Source: Patescibacteria group bacterium
GTDB taxonomy: Bacteria; Patescibacteriota; Patescibacteriia; UBA1558; GWA2-36-10
Direction: 5' to 3'
Assembly: GCA_041665505.1 (NCBI GenBank)
Contig: JBAYIR010000006.1
Location: 1,707 to 65,706, forward strand
DNA: 64,000 bases
Position 1 is the stretch's first letter, and each line of letters opens with the position of its first letter. Shown here one piece after another: positions 53,458 through 63,274 of the stretch. Under the pieces are notes generated by a model that made no database searches, had not been told where the DNA came from, and was given only the letters and a program-made list of their open reading frames with translations. Made by a program: the position numbers and the translations under genes.

Positions 53458-54756
53458 TTAATCGTCTTTTTTGCTTTGTTTTTTGATTTTGATTTTTTCT
53501 ATCTTTGATAATATATTATCTTTTTTGTCATGACGGTCATAATGATCATCTTCGTCATCTTCATCTTCGTCATCTTCATCATCGTGGTCATTATTAGCTT
53601 TTCTTGTCAGCGTAGTTATAGAAATTATATTAGAGTCGCTAGACATATTACCAGCCTTATCATAGGCTCTGACAGTGTAAGTATAAGTAGTAGCTGGATT
53701 TAAACCAATATCATTGAAGTGATTTCTTTTCACAGTAGCGATTTTGATGCCGTCTCTAAAAATTGCATAGCCTTTAATACCTTTTTTACGCTCAGGAGCT
53801 TTCCATTTTAAATTGACGTGTGTATAGGAAACAACGTGAGCTTTGAGTTTTCTAGGGGCATTAGGAGCTGTGTTATCGCCAGAATTTTTTAGAGTGGTGG
53901 CTGAGGCAATATTAGAATTAGCTGACATGTTACCAGCACCGTCGTGTGCTTTGACAGTATAACTATAAGTAGTTGAGGCTGTTAAACCAAGATTGTTGAA
54001 AGTGTTGCTGGTAACTGTAGCGATTTCAGCACCATTTCTAAAGATAGAATAACCAGTGACAGCGACATTGTCTGTAGAAGTTGCCCAAGTCAAATTTATT
54101 TGGCTAGTGGAGATTGGGTTAGCTGTTAAATTGGTAGGTGCACTAGGGCTAGTAATATCTGTGGAAGTGGTTAAAGTCGTAGCGGAAATAGAATTAGAGT
54201 TAGCTGATTTATTTCCAGCGGCATCATAGGCTTTGACAGTATAAGTATAGGTGGTAGAGGCAGTCAGACCAATATTGCTAAAAGTAGTAGTAGCCGTAGA
54301 AGCAATCTCTGTGCCGTTTCTAAAGATAGTATAGCCAGTGACAGCGACATTGTCTGTAGCGGCTGACCAAGTGAGATTTATCTTGGCTGATGAGATGACA
54401 TTGGCTGTTAGGTTGCTAGGAGCAGATGGCTTGGTAGTATCAGCAGTCGTAAGGTTGCCTAGAAAATAATTATTTAATTGGGCATTAGCAGTAGCATTGC
54501 CGCTGTGTTGTCCAGAAAAGGCTGCTGTGCCATTGGTACCACAGAGACTAGTGATAGCCGCTGCTCCACCGGGGTGCTGGGTAATATAGTTTGTGAGGTT
54601 ATATACTTTATTGTTTACTATAACCCAACAATTTGTGCTGGTATTGTGAGCTTGTACTTGTTGTAAAGTATAGCTAGCGGCATTGGCTCTTAAGCCTTGT
54701 GATATTGAAAATATCATTGCTACCAATACTGCAAGTATTGTAAATGTTTTTTTCAT
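53458..54756 (-). CDS. secreted protein: cytochrome b5-like heme-binding domain, 3 fibronectin type III repeats, and a poly-acidic tail
   Basis: Signal peptide. 'CWVIVNNKVYNLTNYITQHPGG' cyt-b5 motif. Three ~90-aa repeats 'P.NLTA...INLTW...DNVAVTGY.IFRNG.EIA'. C-terminal 'DDEDDEDEDDEDD'. Confidence 0.6.
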   Translation of the reverse strand: MKKTFTILAVLVAMIFSISQGLRANAASYTLQQVQAHNTSTNCWVIVNNKVYNLTNYITQHPGGAAAITSLCGTNGTAAFSGQHSGNATANAQLNNYFLGNLTTADTTKPSAPSNLTANVISSAKINLTWSAATDNVAVTGYTIFRNGTEIASTATTTFSNIGLTASTTYTYTVKAYDAAGNKSANSNSISATTLTTSTDITSPSAPTNLTANPISTSQINLTWATSTDNVAVTGYSIFRNGAEIATVTSNTFNNLGLTASTTYSYTVKAHDGAGNMSANSNIASATTLKNSGDNTAPNAPRKLKAHVVSYTHVNLKWKAPERKKGIKGYAIFRDGIKIATVKRNHFNDIGLNPATTYTYTVRAYDKAGNMSSDSNIISITTLTRKANNDHDDEDDEDEDDEDDHYDRHDKKDNILSKIEKIKIKKQSKKDD

Positions 54757-54890
54757 ATTTTTTGTTTATTTTATTAATAATTAGTCTTATATAAATTAAT
54801 ACAAAGTAAATAAAATTTTGTTACACCATTAGACAAAGTTTGATACTTTGCTATAATGGCATTTTATGGTGAAACATTAGTTGCTAATAT

Positions 54891-55391
54891 TTGTATATTA
54901 TTATGAATAGCAAAAGTGACAATTTCATTAGCTATTATGACCAGTTTAAAAATAAAATATTTGTATATTTTTTATATCGGGTCAATTTTAATCGAGAGGT
55001 GGCCGAAGATCTTACTTCGGAAGTTTTTTTAAAAGCTCTAAAAAGTTTTGAAGATTTTGACCAAAGTCGCTCTTTTCAATCATGGATTTATGCTATTGCC
55101 CATAATCATTTGGTCAATTATTATCGGGTAGCCAATAGAGAAACGCAGCTGTTGGAAGATAGATATCTGACCAAAGGTGATATTGATAAAGTAGAGTTGG
55201 AATATGAGCTAGAGGCAATAATGAAAATTATCAAACTAATGGACAGTAGCGATCGGGAAATATTATTGATGAGATTTGTAGATCAACTGAGTAACACCGA
55301 GATAGCAATGCTTTTAGATAAAGACGAAGGAGCAATTAGAACCAAAATCAGTCGGAGCTTGGCAAAACTAAGAGAACTATTAGACAAATAA
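54891..55391 (+). CDS. ECF-type RNA polymerase sigma factor (second copy)
   Basis: Region 2 and a region 4 HTH 'LSNTEIAMLLDKDEGAIRTKISR'. Confidence 0.7.
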   Translation: MYIIMNSKSDNFISYYDQFKNKIFVYFLYRVNFNREVAEDLTSEVFLKALKSFEDFDQSRSFQSWIYAIAHNHLVNYYRVANRETQLLEDRYLTKGDIDKVELEYELEAIMKIIKLMDSSDREILLMRFVDQLSNTEIAMLLDKDEGAIRTKISRSLAKLRELLDK

Positions 55392-55392
55392 T

Positions 55393-56223
55393 ATGGATAA
55401 TTTAGAAAAAAACTTATCAAACTTACCAAAACCATCGCTTAGTAAGCAAGCTGATTTTAAAATTAAATTTAAAATCTATAGTTTTATATTGCACAGTAAG
55501 TTACAAAAATTAGGTCGGGTATTTTTCCGACCATATTCAATGTTGGCTAAGGTTTCTTACACTGCTTTATTAGTGGTGATAATTTTGGGTAGCACAGCAG
55601 TTTATGCTGCCAATAATGATAATATCACACCGGGACATTCTTTTTATCCTTTAAAGAAGACTATTGAAAATGTGGAAGAAAATTTATCTTTTACCAAAAA
55701 TGCCCAAGTAGATACTTTAAATAAAATGTCTGAACGTCGCTTAAAAGAAGCTTTAAATATGGCTCAGGAAAATATTGCAGTGGAGGACACTAGTAGCCAA
55801 GGAGAAAATAATAGCAATATCAAACAAAGTTTGGATGAAGTAGTTGATAATCTAGAAGAGGCAGTAGCTACCTCCAAGGAAATAAGTAATGCCAAATCAG
55901 CCAAAAAAGCCAAAGAGGCTATTAAGAAAAAAAATAAAGATATTATTCAATACTTAGATAATATTGGTGATATGGCAGAGAAAAATCAAGATGAAGGAGT
56001 AATAAATAAAATTGATGAGGCCAAAAAAGCTATTAATAAGTATAATGATGATTTAGACGAGGATAGTGAGAAGGATTCTGAAAGATATGATAGCTTTATA
56101 GAAAATAGGAGAGATAAAAATACTGATAAGCAAAATGAAGATTCGGATAAGGATTCAGAGGATAGAAATTCTAATAATGAATCAGGTAAAGACTCTAGAC
56201 AAGATAGAGAGGACAATGATTAG
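55393..56223 (+). CDS. putative anti-sigma/DUF5667-like membrane protein with an acidic coiled-coil tail
   Basis: Overlaps the sigma gene's stop. One TM and a Lys/Glu/Asp-rich C-terminus. Confidence 0.45.
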   Translation: MDNLEKNLSNLPKPSLSKQADFKIKFKIYSFILHSKLQKLGRVFFRPYSMLAKVSYTALLVVIILGSTAVYAANNDNITPGHSFYPLKKTIENVEENLSFTKNAQVDTLNKMSERRLKEALNMAQENIAVEDTSSQGENNSNIKQSLDEVVDNLEEAVATSKEISNAKSAKKAKEAIKKKNKDIIQYLDNIGDMAEKNQDEGVINKIDEAKKAINKYNDDLDEDSEKDSERYDSFIENRRDKNTDKQNEDSDKDSEDRNSNNESGKDSRQDREDND

Positions 56224-56320
56224 AGCACTAATATTTTAATAAATAAAAAATCATCTTTTGGCTTTTGCTTAAGATGGTTTTTTGCTATACTGAGGTGGTT
56301 ATAAATTAATTAAAAAATAA

Positions 56321-56827
56321 ATGCCTTATTTTATTCTTATCTTAATTATTATATTTTTATTGACATTTGCCTATGCTTTTATTCGGGCGATTGGTTGGGT
56401 ACCAATGTGGCATAAAGATATTGACAGTGTTATGAAATTAGCTGATATAAAGCCAGGAGAAAAATTTTGTGATTTAGGTTGCGGAGATGGCAAAGTAGTT
56501 TTGGCTGCTGGTAAAAAACAGGCTAAGGCAGTTGGTTATGAAATATCTTTGTTGTTATATTTTATAGCTAAAGTAAGGGCTTGGTTTAGTAAAGGGCAAG
56601 TAGAAATTAAATTTAGAGATTTTTGGCTGGTTAATCTAAGAGATATGGACATAGTCTTTTTCTTTCTAATTCCTAGAATTTTTCCTAAAATGAAAGCTAA
56701 GTTGGAAAAAGAGCTCAAACCCGGTTCGCGAGTGATTACTTATGTTTGGCCTATGGAGGGTTGGACAGCCATTCAGGTAATTAAGCGTGAAAAAGGTCCA
56801 GCTATCTATTTATATAAGATAAATTAG
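56321..56827 (+). CDS. class I SAM-dependent methyltransferase
   Basis: 'FCDLGCGDGKVVL' motif I. N-terminal TM. Confidence 0.55.
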   Translation: MPYFILILIIIFLLTFAYAFIRAIGWVPMWHKDIDSVMKLADIKPGEKFCDLGCGDGKVVLAAGKKQAKAVGYEISLLLYFIAKVRAWFSKGQVEIKFRDFWLVNLRDMDIVFFFLIPRIFPKMKAKLEKELKPGSRVITYVWPMEGWTAIQVIKREKGPAIYLYKIN

Positions 56828-56896
56828 TAATATATTGGAAATTTTTAGTTTTCTACCTCGCTTCGGGCGGGGTTTTTTGTTATAATAAGCCTGTCT

Positions 56897-58291
56897 TTGA
56901 TTTTAGGCATTATGATAGTAAATAGACAAATAAAAGCACTTATAGTTTTTACCCTGCTAGGCTTATTTTTGTTTGTTTGGCTTTTAAAATTTGGTTATTT
57001 CTTTTCAGATGACTTTACTTGGCTCTGGCATGCTCAGAAAATGCAGAGTTTTAGAGATATCATGACTTTTAAAATGTCTAGTTATTATTCACCAGTCATG
57101 AATTTGTTTTATTATGTTAGTTACAAATTATTTTATTATCAAGCCGCTTATTATTTTTTGTTTACAATATTGGTGCATATATTGAGCACTTTTTTGGTCT
57201 GGTTATTACTGAGTAAGTTTGTAAAAAATAAATTAGTAGTTTATTTAGGAGCAATATTATTTTTAGTAGCGGGCTCAGCTTATGAATCAGTTATTTGGAT
57301 ATCAGCTAATATTCATAGTTTGACGACTTTATTTATTTTATTAGCAGTTTATTTTTATTGGCTCTTTTTAGAGGATAATAAATTAAAAAATGCTATTTTA
57401 GTCTGGTTGTTTTTTATTTTGGCTCTAGGCACCAAAGAAATAGCTTTTATTTCTGGGCCTTTAATTATTTTAACTTTTATTTTTTTTGTTATCAGCAGAA
57501 AAAAGCTAGCGTTGACTTTATATCATAAATTTTTATTGTTTTTTATTTTTATTATCAATGCTGTTTATGCTTTTTTTGAATACCGTTGGCAACAAGGTAG
57601 TGTTAATATCAGTAGTGGTTATTGGCAATTAGACTTCTGGCAAGTGTTGCGCTGGCCAGTGATAATTATTGATACTATTGTGCCTTTTGGCAAGTTGATT
57701 GATATTAGCAATTATCGTTATTTTTATGTGGCTAGTTTTCTACTCTTGATATTGGTTATATTTATTCTAAGAAAATCTTTATTATTTTATTATGGTTTAT
57801 TTTGGCTACTAATTGCTTCTTTACCAACTATTTTTGCCGTAGATAAATGGTGGATGCCTCTAGTTTCGCGCTATACTTATTTGCCAAAAGTAGGAGCAGT
57901 TTTAATTTTTGTGCTTTTGCTAGAAAAAATGTATCGCGCTTGGCCCAAAAAATATTTTTATGCTTTAGTTTCATTAATTATAATTTACAATTTAGCTTAT
58001 TGGGTTATTATTGCTAAAAATGATTATCCTTATGTTTATCAAAGTGGCCGTAGCTTAAAACAAATGGTAGAAGAGGTGGGACAAAAAAATCCAGTTAGAG
58101 TTTTTATGGTTTTCCCTTTTCCTTTTGAAAATAATAATGCGCATGTGGTTGGGGCTTTTTCTACTTTAATTGATTTTTCATGGGAGCGGATTATTTTTGT
58201 AGAGGAAAATCAATTAGAGGCTGCTTCACCTAGTCCCCAGGATGCAGTAGTATATTGGGATAATAAAAATAGGCTTTATCATATTAAATAG
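56897..58291 (+). CDS. polytopic membrane glycosyltransferase-like protein (PMT/ArnT GT-C fold)
   Basis: 464 aa with more than 10 TM helices. Sits in a GtrA/GT context. Confidence 0.5.
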   Translation: MILGIMIVNRQIKALIVFTLLGLFLFVWLLKFGYFFSDDFTWLWHAQKMQSFRDIMTFKMSSYYSPVMNLFYYVSYKLFYYQAAYYFLFTILVHILSTFLVWLLLSKFVKNKLVVYLGAILFLVAGSAYESVIWISANIHSLTTLFILLAVYFYWLFLEDNKLKNAILVWLFFILALGTKEIAFISGPLIILTFIFFVISRKKLALTLYHKFLLFFIFIINAVYAFFEYRWQQGSVNISSGYWQLDFWQVLRWPVIIIDTIVPFGKLIDISNYRYFYVASFLLLILVIFILRKSLLFYYGLFWLLIASLPTIFAVDKWWMPLVSRYTYLPKVGAVLIFVLLLEKMYRAWPKKYFYALVSLIIIYNLAYWVIIAKNDYPYVYQSGRSLKQMVEEVGQKNPVRVFMVFPFPFENNNAHVVGAFSTLIDFSWERIIFVEENQLEAASPSPQDAVVYWDNKNRLYHIK

Positions 58292-58293
58292 TT

Positions 58294-58707
58294 ATGACAT
58301 TAGTTGGTATAAAAAATTATATAGCATCAGCTAAACATCAAATTTTTAAATTTTTGCTGATTGGTGGAAGTGCTACTTTAATTGATGTGGCGTTATTATT
58401 TTTGTTAAAAGAAAAAGCTCATTTACCTGCTGTCTTGGCTGTGGCACTAGAGCAGATTTTGATTATTACTTATAATTTTTTGTTAAATAAATATTGGACT
58501 TTTCAATCAAAAAATATCCCTTGGCAACAATTGCAGCGATATTTTGTCTTGGTAGCTGGCAATTATTTAGCCGCTATATTTTTGATGTATTTTATGCATC
58601 AGATATTAGGCTTTAATTATATATTAGTGAGGTTAATTACTATTGCCCTGATGGCGCTTATCAATTTTATTTTGTATAAGCATTGGGTCTATAAAGAAAA
58701 AATATGA
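58294..58707 (+). CDS. GtrA-family flippase-like protein
   Basis: 'FKFLLIGGSATLIDVALLFLL' and a C-terminal 'NKYWTF', typical of GtrA. Confidence 0.65.
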   Translation: MTLVGIKNYIASAKHQIFKFLLIGGSATLIDVALLFLLKEKAHLPAVLAVALEQILIITYNFLLNKYWTFQSKNIPWQQLQRYFVLVAGNYLAAIFLMYFMHQILGFNYILVRLITIALMALINFILYKHWVYKEKI

Positions 58708-60419
58708 ATTTATTTGATGTGCAAATGTATCTAATAATAAAATTGTTGCTGGTTATTTTTTTAATAGCTAGTTTTTTTATTATTTATAAAAAATATCAGC
58801 CAATTTATTTTTTAATACTATTTGGTCTAATTAGTGCCATTTCATATGCTCTGTTTGTTAATAATCTAGGGCTTTTACTTTGGGGTTTGCAAGGTGACGA
58901 AGTCACTATCAGTGCTATGTATAATAATTTTGCTAGTAGTGGTATTTTTGGTTCGGATTTTGCTTTTCATCAATTGTCGTCTTTTTATCCGCCAGCTTTT
59001 TTTTGGTTTTTTGGTCAAATTGGGAAATTGATGTCTTTAAATGGCGTAGTTATTGCTAAATTAGCCAGCATTACTTTTTTCTTTTCCTTCCCCATAGTTT
59101 TATACTTTTTTCAAAAATGGATTTTATCAAAAAATGAAAGATTTTTTAATAATGATCTACCAGGGAAAATATTTATACTCTTGTCGCCACTTTTGATAAT
59201 GACTATTTTGGATAAAGACGTACTAATTGGAAAACCTTATGAGGTTTTGGCAGTTGGCCTTAGTATTTTTTGGTTTTTAGGTTTGTACTCGGCTATTAAT
59301 ACTGATAAATGGGGTAAAGCCAAAGCATTAATTTATGGTTTAGTGGCTGGCCTAATTTTTATGCTTTATTATTTATGGCTTATTTTTGCTGCACTGGCTC
59401 TTTTGCTTTTAGCTTTTAATCAAGATAGCAAAAAAATAAAGCTTTATTTTTTTAGATTATTTCAAACAATGTTAGTAGCCATTGTTGTGGCTGCTCCTTT
59501 TCTCGGGCCACTGTTTTTAGATTATTGGAAATTTGGCATGGAAAGTTGGCAAACTGCTTTATTTATTCCTAGCGGTTTGGATTTTTGGTTGCCGATGTTT
59601 AAAAGTTTGTCTTTTATTAATATTTTTTTATTATTTGGTTTAGGCACAATGATTTATTATAGAAATAATAAATTTATCAAACCATTACTGTATCTTTTTT
59701 TGACAACTTTTATTTGGTGGGCAGCGGGTATTATTTTATTATTGTTTTTTAAAAAACCTTTTCAAGAATTTCGGGGTTTTTATATTCTGGCGCCAAGTAT
59801 ATTGTCTATCACATCTGCTTATGGACTAGAGCGTCTTTGGAATTATTATGGACTAGCCAAAAAGCAAAGTTTTTATTATTTAGCTTGTGTCTTAGCCACT
59901 GGCTTATTGGCTAGTCAAGCTATTTTTGGTTTTTTTATTGATGATCCAGCTATAAAGAATCGTCGAGTAGAGTCAAGAAATATTCCAGCCAAAATTGTTA
60001 ACTTATCAAATTATTTGCAGGCTGATCCTCAAACCAGCTCAAAACTAACTTTACAGACCATTCCACAAATTATGGCTTTTATCCCTATAAATAATTTATT
60101 GTATTATAATCAGCACAATAATCACCCATCGGCTATTTTTTCCAAGCGGTATCAGTACGTTCAAGACTTAGCTGATTCAAGCTCAGCTGAAGAATTGTAT
60201 AAAAAAATTAAATTATGTCCATATGGTCAATTGGAACAATTTATTTTTCATAATCCAGATCAAGCATATTATTATTTGTATTTTCATGTAGATAAGTTTA
60301 TAGAAGGTACAGAGGAACAAATAATAAAATTTGATAAGAGTTTATTTTCACCTGATTTTTTTGAAATAAAGTATGATAGTGATAATTTAGTAGTAATTGA
60401 TATCAAAGTTAATAATTAA
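58704..60419 (+). CDS. polytopic membrane protein (GT-C-like glycosyltransferase candidate)
   Basis: 571 aa with about 12 TM helices and a C-terminal soluble domain. Overlaps the gtrA-like stop. Confidence 0.45.
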   Translation: MNLFDVQMYLIIKLLLVIFLIASFFIIYKKYQPIYFLILFGLISAISYALFVNNLGLLLWGLQGDEVTISAMYNNFASSGIFGSDFAFHQLSSFYPPAFFWFFGQIGKLMSLNGVVIAKLASITFFFSFPIVLYFFQKWILSKNERFFNNDLPGKIFILLSPLLIMTILDKDVLIGKPYEVLAVGLSIFWFLGLYSAINTDKWGKAKALIYGLVAGLIFMLYYLWLIFAALALLLLAFNQDSKKIKLYFFRLFQTMLVAIVVAAPFLGPLFLDYWKFGMESWQTALFIPSGLDFWLPMFKSLSFINIFLLFGLGTMIYYRNNKFIKPLLYLFLTTFIWWAAGIILLLFFKKPFQEFRGFYILAPSILSITSAYGLERLWNYYGLAKKQSFYYLACVLATGLLASQAIFGFFIDDPAIKNRRVESRNIPAKIVNLSNYLQADPQTSSKLTLQTIPQIMAFIPINNLLYYNQHNNHPSAIFSKRYQYVQDLADSSSAEELYKKIKLCPYGQLEQFIFHNPDQAYYYLYFHVDKFIEGTEEQIIKFDKSLFSPDFFEIKYDSDNLVVIDIKVNN

Positions 60420-60540
60420 AGCAATAGTCAGCAAATATCTCAAAAATTGAAAAAGCAAGCTTTGTCTTTTAATTTAGATGATTTTTTGCTATACTTTATT
60501 TACTTATTAAATAGTAGGGACCTTGTATCATAATATAGCT

Positions 60541-61461
60541 ATGCCAAAAAAATCAATTTTATACATTTTTTTTCTGAGCATTTTTACACTGATATTTCCA
60601 AATGTTTCACAAGCAGCTGGAATTTTAGATGGCTTGCCTTGTATCGCCTGTGGTAGTTGTGGTTTTGCCGACATCGCCAAATTCTTTTATGATTTTATAG
60701 TGCTGTTACTGGGAGCTATGGGGGCTGTAGCTCTAGTGTATTTTGTCTGGGGTGGGATACAATGGTTGACCTCAGGCGGTAGTGCCGAAAGAGTTAATAG
60801 AGGTAAGCAGATTATGATCAATACAGTTTTTGCTATTATTTTGGCTTTTGGTAGTAATTTACTAGTCAAATTTTTTATAGATGATGTTTTGGGTGTTGAT
60901 AGGACACAAATAAGCGCCGATGTAGGTGCAGCTGGCGTTTGTAATTTACCAGCGAGCCCCAATATAGCCATTCAAGGACTGCCAGCCGGAACACCAGGAG
61001 CTTATGGCTGTACTTCATCTTGGGAAGGTGGTACTTCTTGTGGTGGAAACTGTGCGGGTTTTACTACTAGTGGTATAAAACCTGAGCAATGTTCAGATGC
61101 CTCGCCTAGTTTAGTGGCGCTGCTTGCTTGTCTAAAGACTGGAGTGGATGTTAGTCCAGTGCTAAATCCTAGTGATATTATTATTACTTCTATTAGTCAA
61201 GATGTTGGTTTGGCAACTTGTAGAGATAATTGGCTCGCTTCAGTTTGTGTCCATGCTAGAAGATCTTGTCATTATGGTGGGCCATCAGTACACCTAGATG
61301 GGTCTTATGCAGCTGATTTAAGGAGTACTAGTTTTGGTCAAGGTCAGAGGGACACTATTAGAGATATTATTGAGGACTGTGGAGGAAATTATTATTATCA
61401 TCCACCATCAGATCCACCAACCCATATTCATATTAGCGCTGGCAGTTGTGGAGCTACCTAA
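60541..61461 (+). CDS. secreted protein: signal peptide, VirB2/TrbC-like double hydrophobic segment, Cys-rich C-terminal domain
   Basis: Signal 'ILYIFFLSIFTLIFPNVSQA'. Two TM-like helices flank 'WLTSGGSAERVNRGKQ'. The C-terminus has about 16 Cys. Confidence 0.45.
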   Translation: MPKKSILYIFFLSIFTLIFPNVSQAAGILDGLPCIACGSCGFADIAKFFYDFIVLLLGAMGAVALVYFVWGGIQWLTSGGSAERVNRGKQIMINTVFAIILAFGSNLLVKFFIDDVLGVDRTQISADVGAAGVCNLPASPNIAIQGLPAGTPGAYGCTSSWEGGTSCGGNCAGFTTSGIKPEQCSDASPSLVALLACLKTGVDVSPVLNPSDIIITSISQDVGLATCRDNWLASVCVHARRSCHYGGPSVHLDGSYAADLRSTSFGQGQRDTIRDIIEDCGGNYYYHPPSDPPTHIHISAGSCGAT

Positions 61462-61603
61462 ATAAAACTCCTCCAAGTTTACGGAGATGCTTATAAGCAG
61501 GAGCTAGTGTTAATAGTAATTTAACTTAATTACTTAGGGCATTGATTTTATTTGAATAACAAGCTAGAATAGTCTATATTATATAAATAAATAATACTTA
61601 TAT

Positions 61604-61726
61604 GGCCAAAAGACAACATGCCGCTGGTAGAAAACAAAAATCAAGTTCTCATAAAACTCCTAAAAGATTGGAGATAAAAAGATTGATGTTGGAAGCTAAG
61701 GCTAAGAAAAAACATAGTAAATAAAA
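61604..61726 (+). CDS. 40-aa highly basic peptide
   Basis: Reads 'MAKRQHAAGRKQKSSSHKTPKRLEIKRLMLEAKAKKKHSK'. An ATTGCC-ACTAG-GGCAAT + T7 terminator follows at 61732-61758. Confidence 0.25.
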
Positions 61727-61754
61727 AAATTGCCACTAGGGCAATTTTTTTATT

Positions 61755-63023
61755 TTAAGAATTACTATTTCTGCGTCTTGATCGGAAAGTTTTTGGTCGA
61801 CGACTTCTAGAGCCGGAATTTCTACTTGGTCTGTTGCCTGGTTTATTGCTTGGTCGTCTAAAATCTGATTCTCTAGGCATAGCAATATGTTCTTTCATTT
61901 CTGGTAGGGCTTTGATTGGTAATCTGACTCGAACTAATCTTTCTATAGTAAAAATATCTCTTTTTTGTTCAGGCACAGCAAATGATATAGCTTTACCATT
62001 TTTACCAGCTCGGCCAGTTCGTCCAATACGGTGGACATAATCTTCAGGATTATCTGGCAAGTCATAATTAATTACTACTTCTATATCTTGGACATCAATA
62101 CCGCGAGAAGCAATATCAGTAGCCACTAAGATTCTAGTAAAACCAGATTTAAAATCTTTTAGAGCTTTGGTTCTTTGAGCTAGGGATTTATTGGAGTGTA
62201 TTTCTGCTGCTCGGTGGCCCATGAGTTCTACAGCTTTAGTTATTTTTTTAGCACCGTGCTTGGTGCGACTGAAAATAAGGATACGTTGTTTATATTCAGA
62301 TAGTAATTGATTCAGTAAAGAAAGTTTTTTGTCTTTTGGTACAATAAAAACTTCTTGTTCTATACCACTGGCGCTGGTGCCAGCTGGGGCTACCTCTACC
62401 CGCAAAGGAGAGCGCATATAGTTTTTAGCTAGTCTGGTTATTTTTTCAGGCATGGTGGCTGAAAAAAGCATAGTTTGACGTTGGCCAGAGGGGATAGTAG
62501 CTAATATTTTTCTAATATCTGGTTCAAAGCCCATATCCAACATCCGGTCAGCTTCATCTAAGACCAAAATTTTTACATTACTCAGGATAGTTCTTTTTCT
62601 ACTTAGATGATCTATCAATCTACCCGGAGTGGCTATAATTATATTTGGTCGATTAGCTAGAGCTCTAACTTGTGGACCAATAGGGGTACCACCAATCAAA
62701 ATTGCAGTACGTAGTCCAAAAGAGTGACCAAGAGTTTGGAGGGATTGATCGACTTGAGCAGCTAGTTCGCGAGTTGGTAAAAGCACTAGACCAGTGCCTT
62801 TATTTTTGTCCAAATTTTGGATCATAGGAATACCAAAAGCCATAGTTTTACCAGTGCCGGTCTGGGCAATACCCATTAAATCCTGTCCACTGATGGCTAT
62901 TGGTATAGCTTGATGCTGTATCGGAGTAGGAGTGTTGAAACCTAATCTTTGTAGCTGCCCTAAGATACTTGTAGAAATGCCTAATTCGGCAAAACCCAGA
63001 GCTTTGTTGCTTGTGTTTGTCAT
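61755..63023 (-). CDS. DEAD-box ATP-dependent RNA helicase with an Arg/Ser-rich C-terminal tail
   Basis: Q-motif, 'AQTGTGKT', 'DEAD', 'SAT' and 'HRIGRTGR'. Confidence 0.85.
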   Translation of the reverse strand: MTNTSNKALGFAELGISTSILGQLQRLGFNTPTPIQHQAIPIAISGQDLMGIAQTGTGKTMAFGIPMIQNLDKNKGTGLVLLPTRELAAQVDQSLQTLGHSFGLRTAILIGGTPIGPQVRALANRPNIIIATPGRLIDHLSRKRTILSNVKILVLDEADRMLDMGFEPDIRKILATIPSGQRQTMLFSATMPEKITRLAKNYMRSPLRVEVAPAGTSASGIEQEVFIVPKDKKLSLLNQLLSEYKQRILIFSRTKHGAKKITKAVELMGHRAAEIHSNKSLAQRTKALKDFKSGFTRILVATDIASRGIDVQDIEVVINYDLPDNPEDYVHRIGRTGRAGKNGKAISFAVPEQKRDIFTIERLVRVRLPIKALPEMKEHIAMPRESDFRRPSNKPGNRPSRNSGSRSRRPKTFRSRRRNSNS

Positions 63024-63274
63024 ATTTGTTATGTATAAAATTACGACCCGATATTACATCTGGTCGTATAATATATAAAACAAGAGTTTTCGAGTCCAGC
63101 CCACTTAACTACTGGGGCATAATAATCGTGTACTATACACTACAAAACTATATTTGTCAAGAGTAGCTATGATAGCTGTTAATTTGTATTAATTTTAGTG
63201 GCTAGACTAGATTTTTGAAAGTTATTTTTCTGTGTTATAATATGACTACATTATATAATTATTAAAATAAAATT

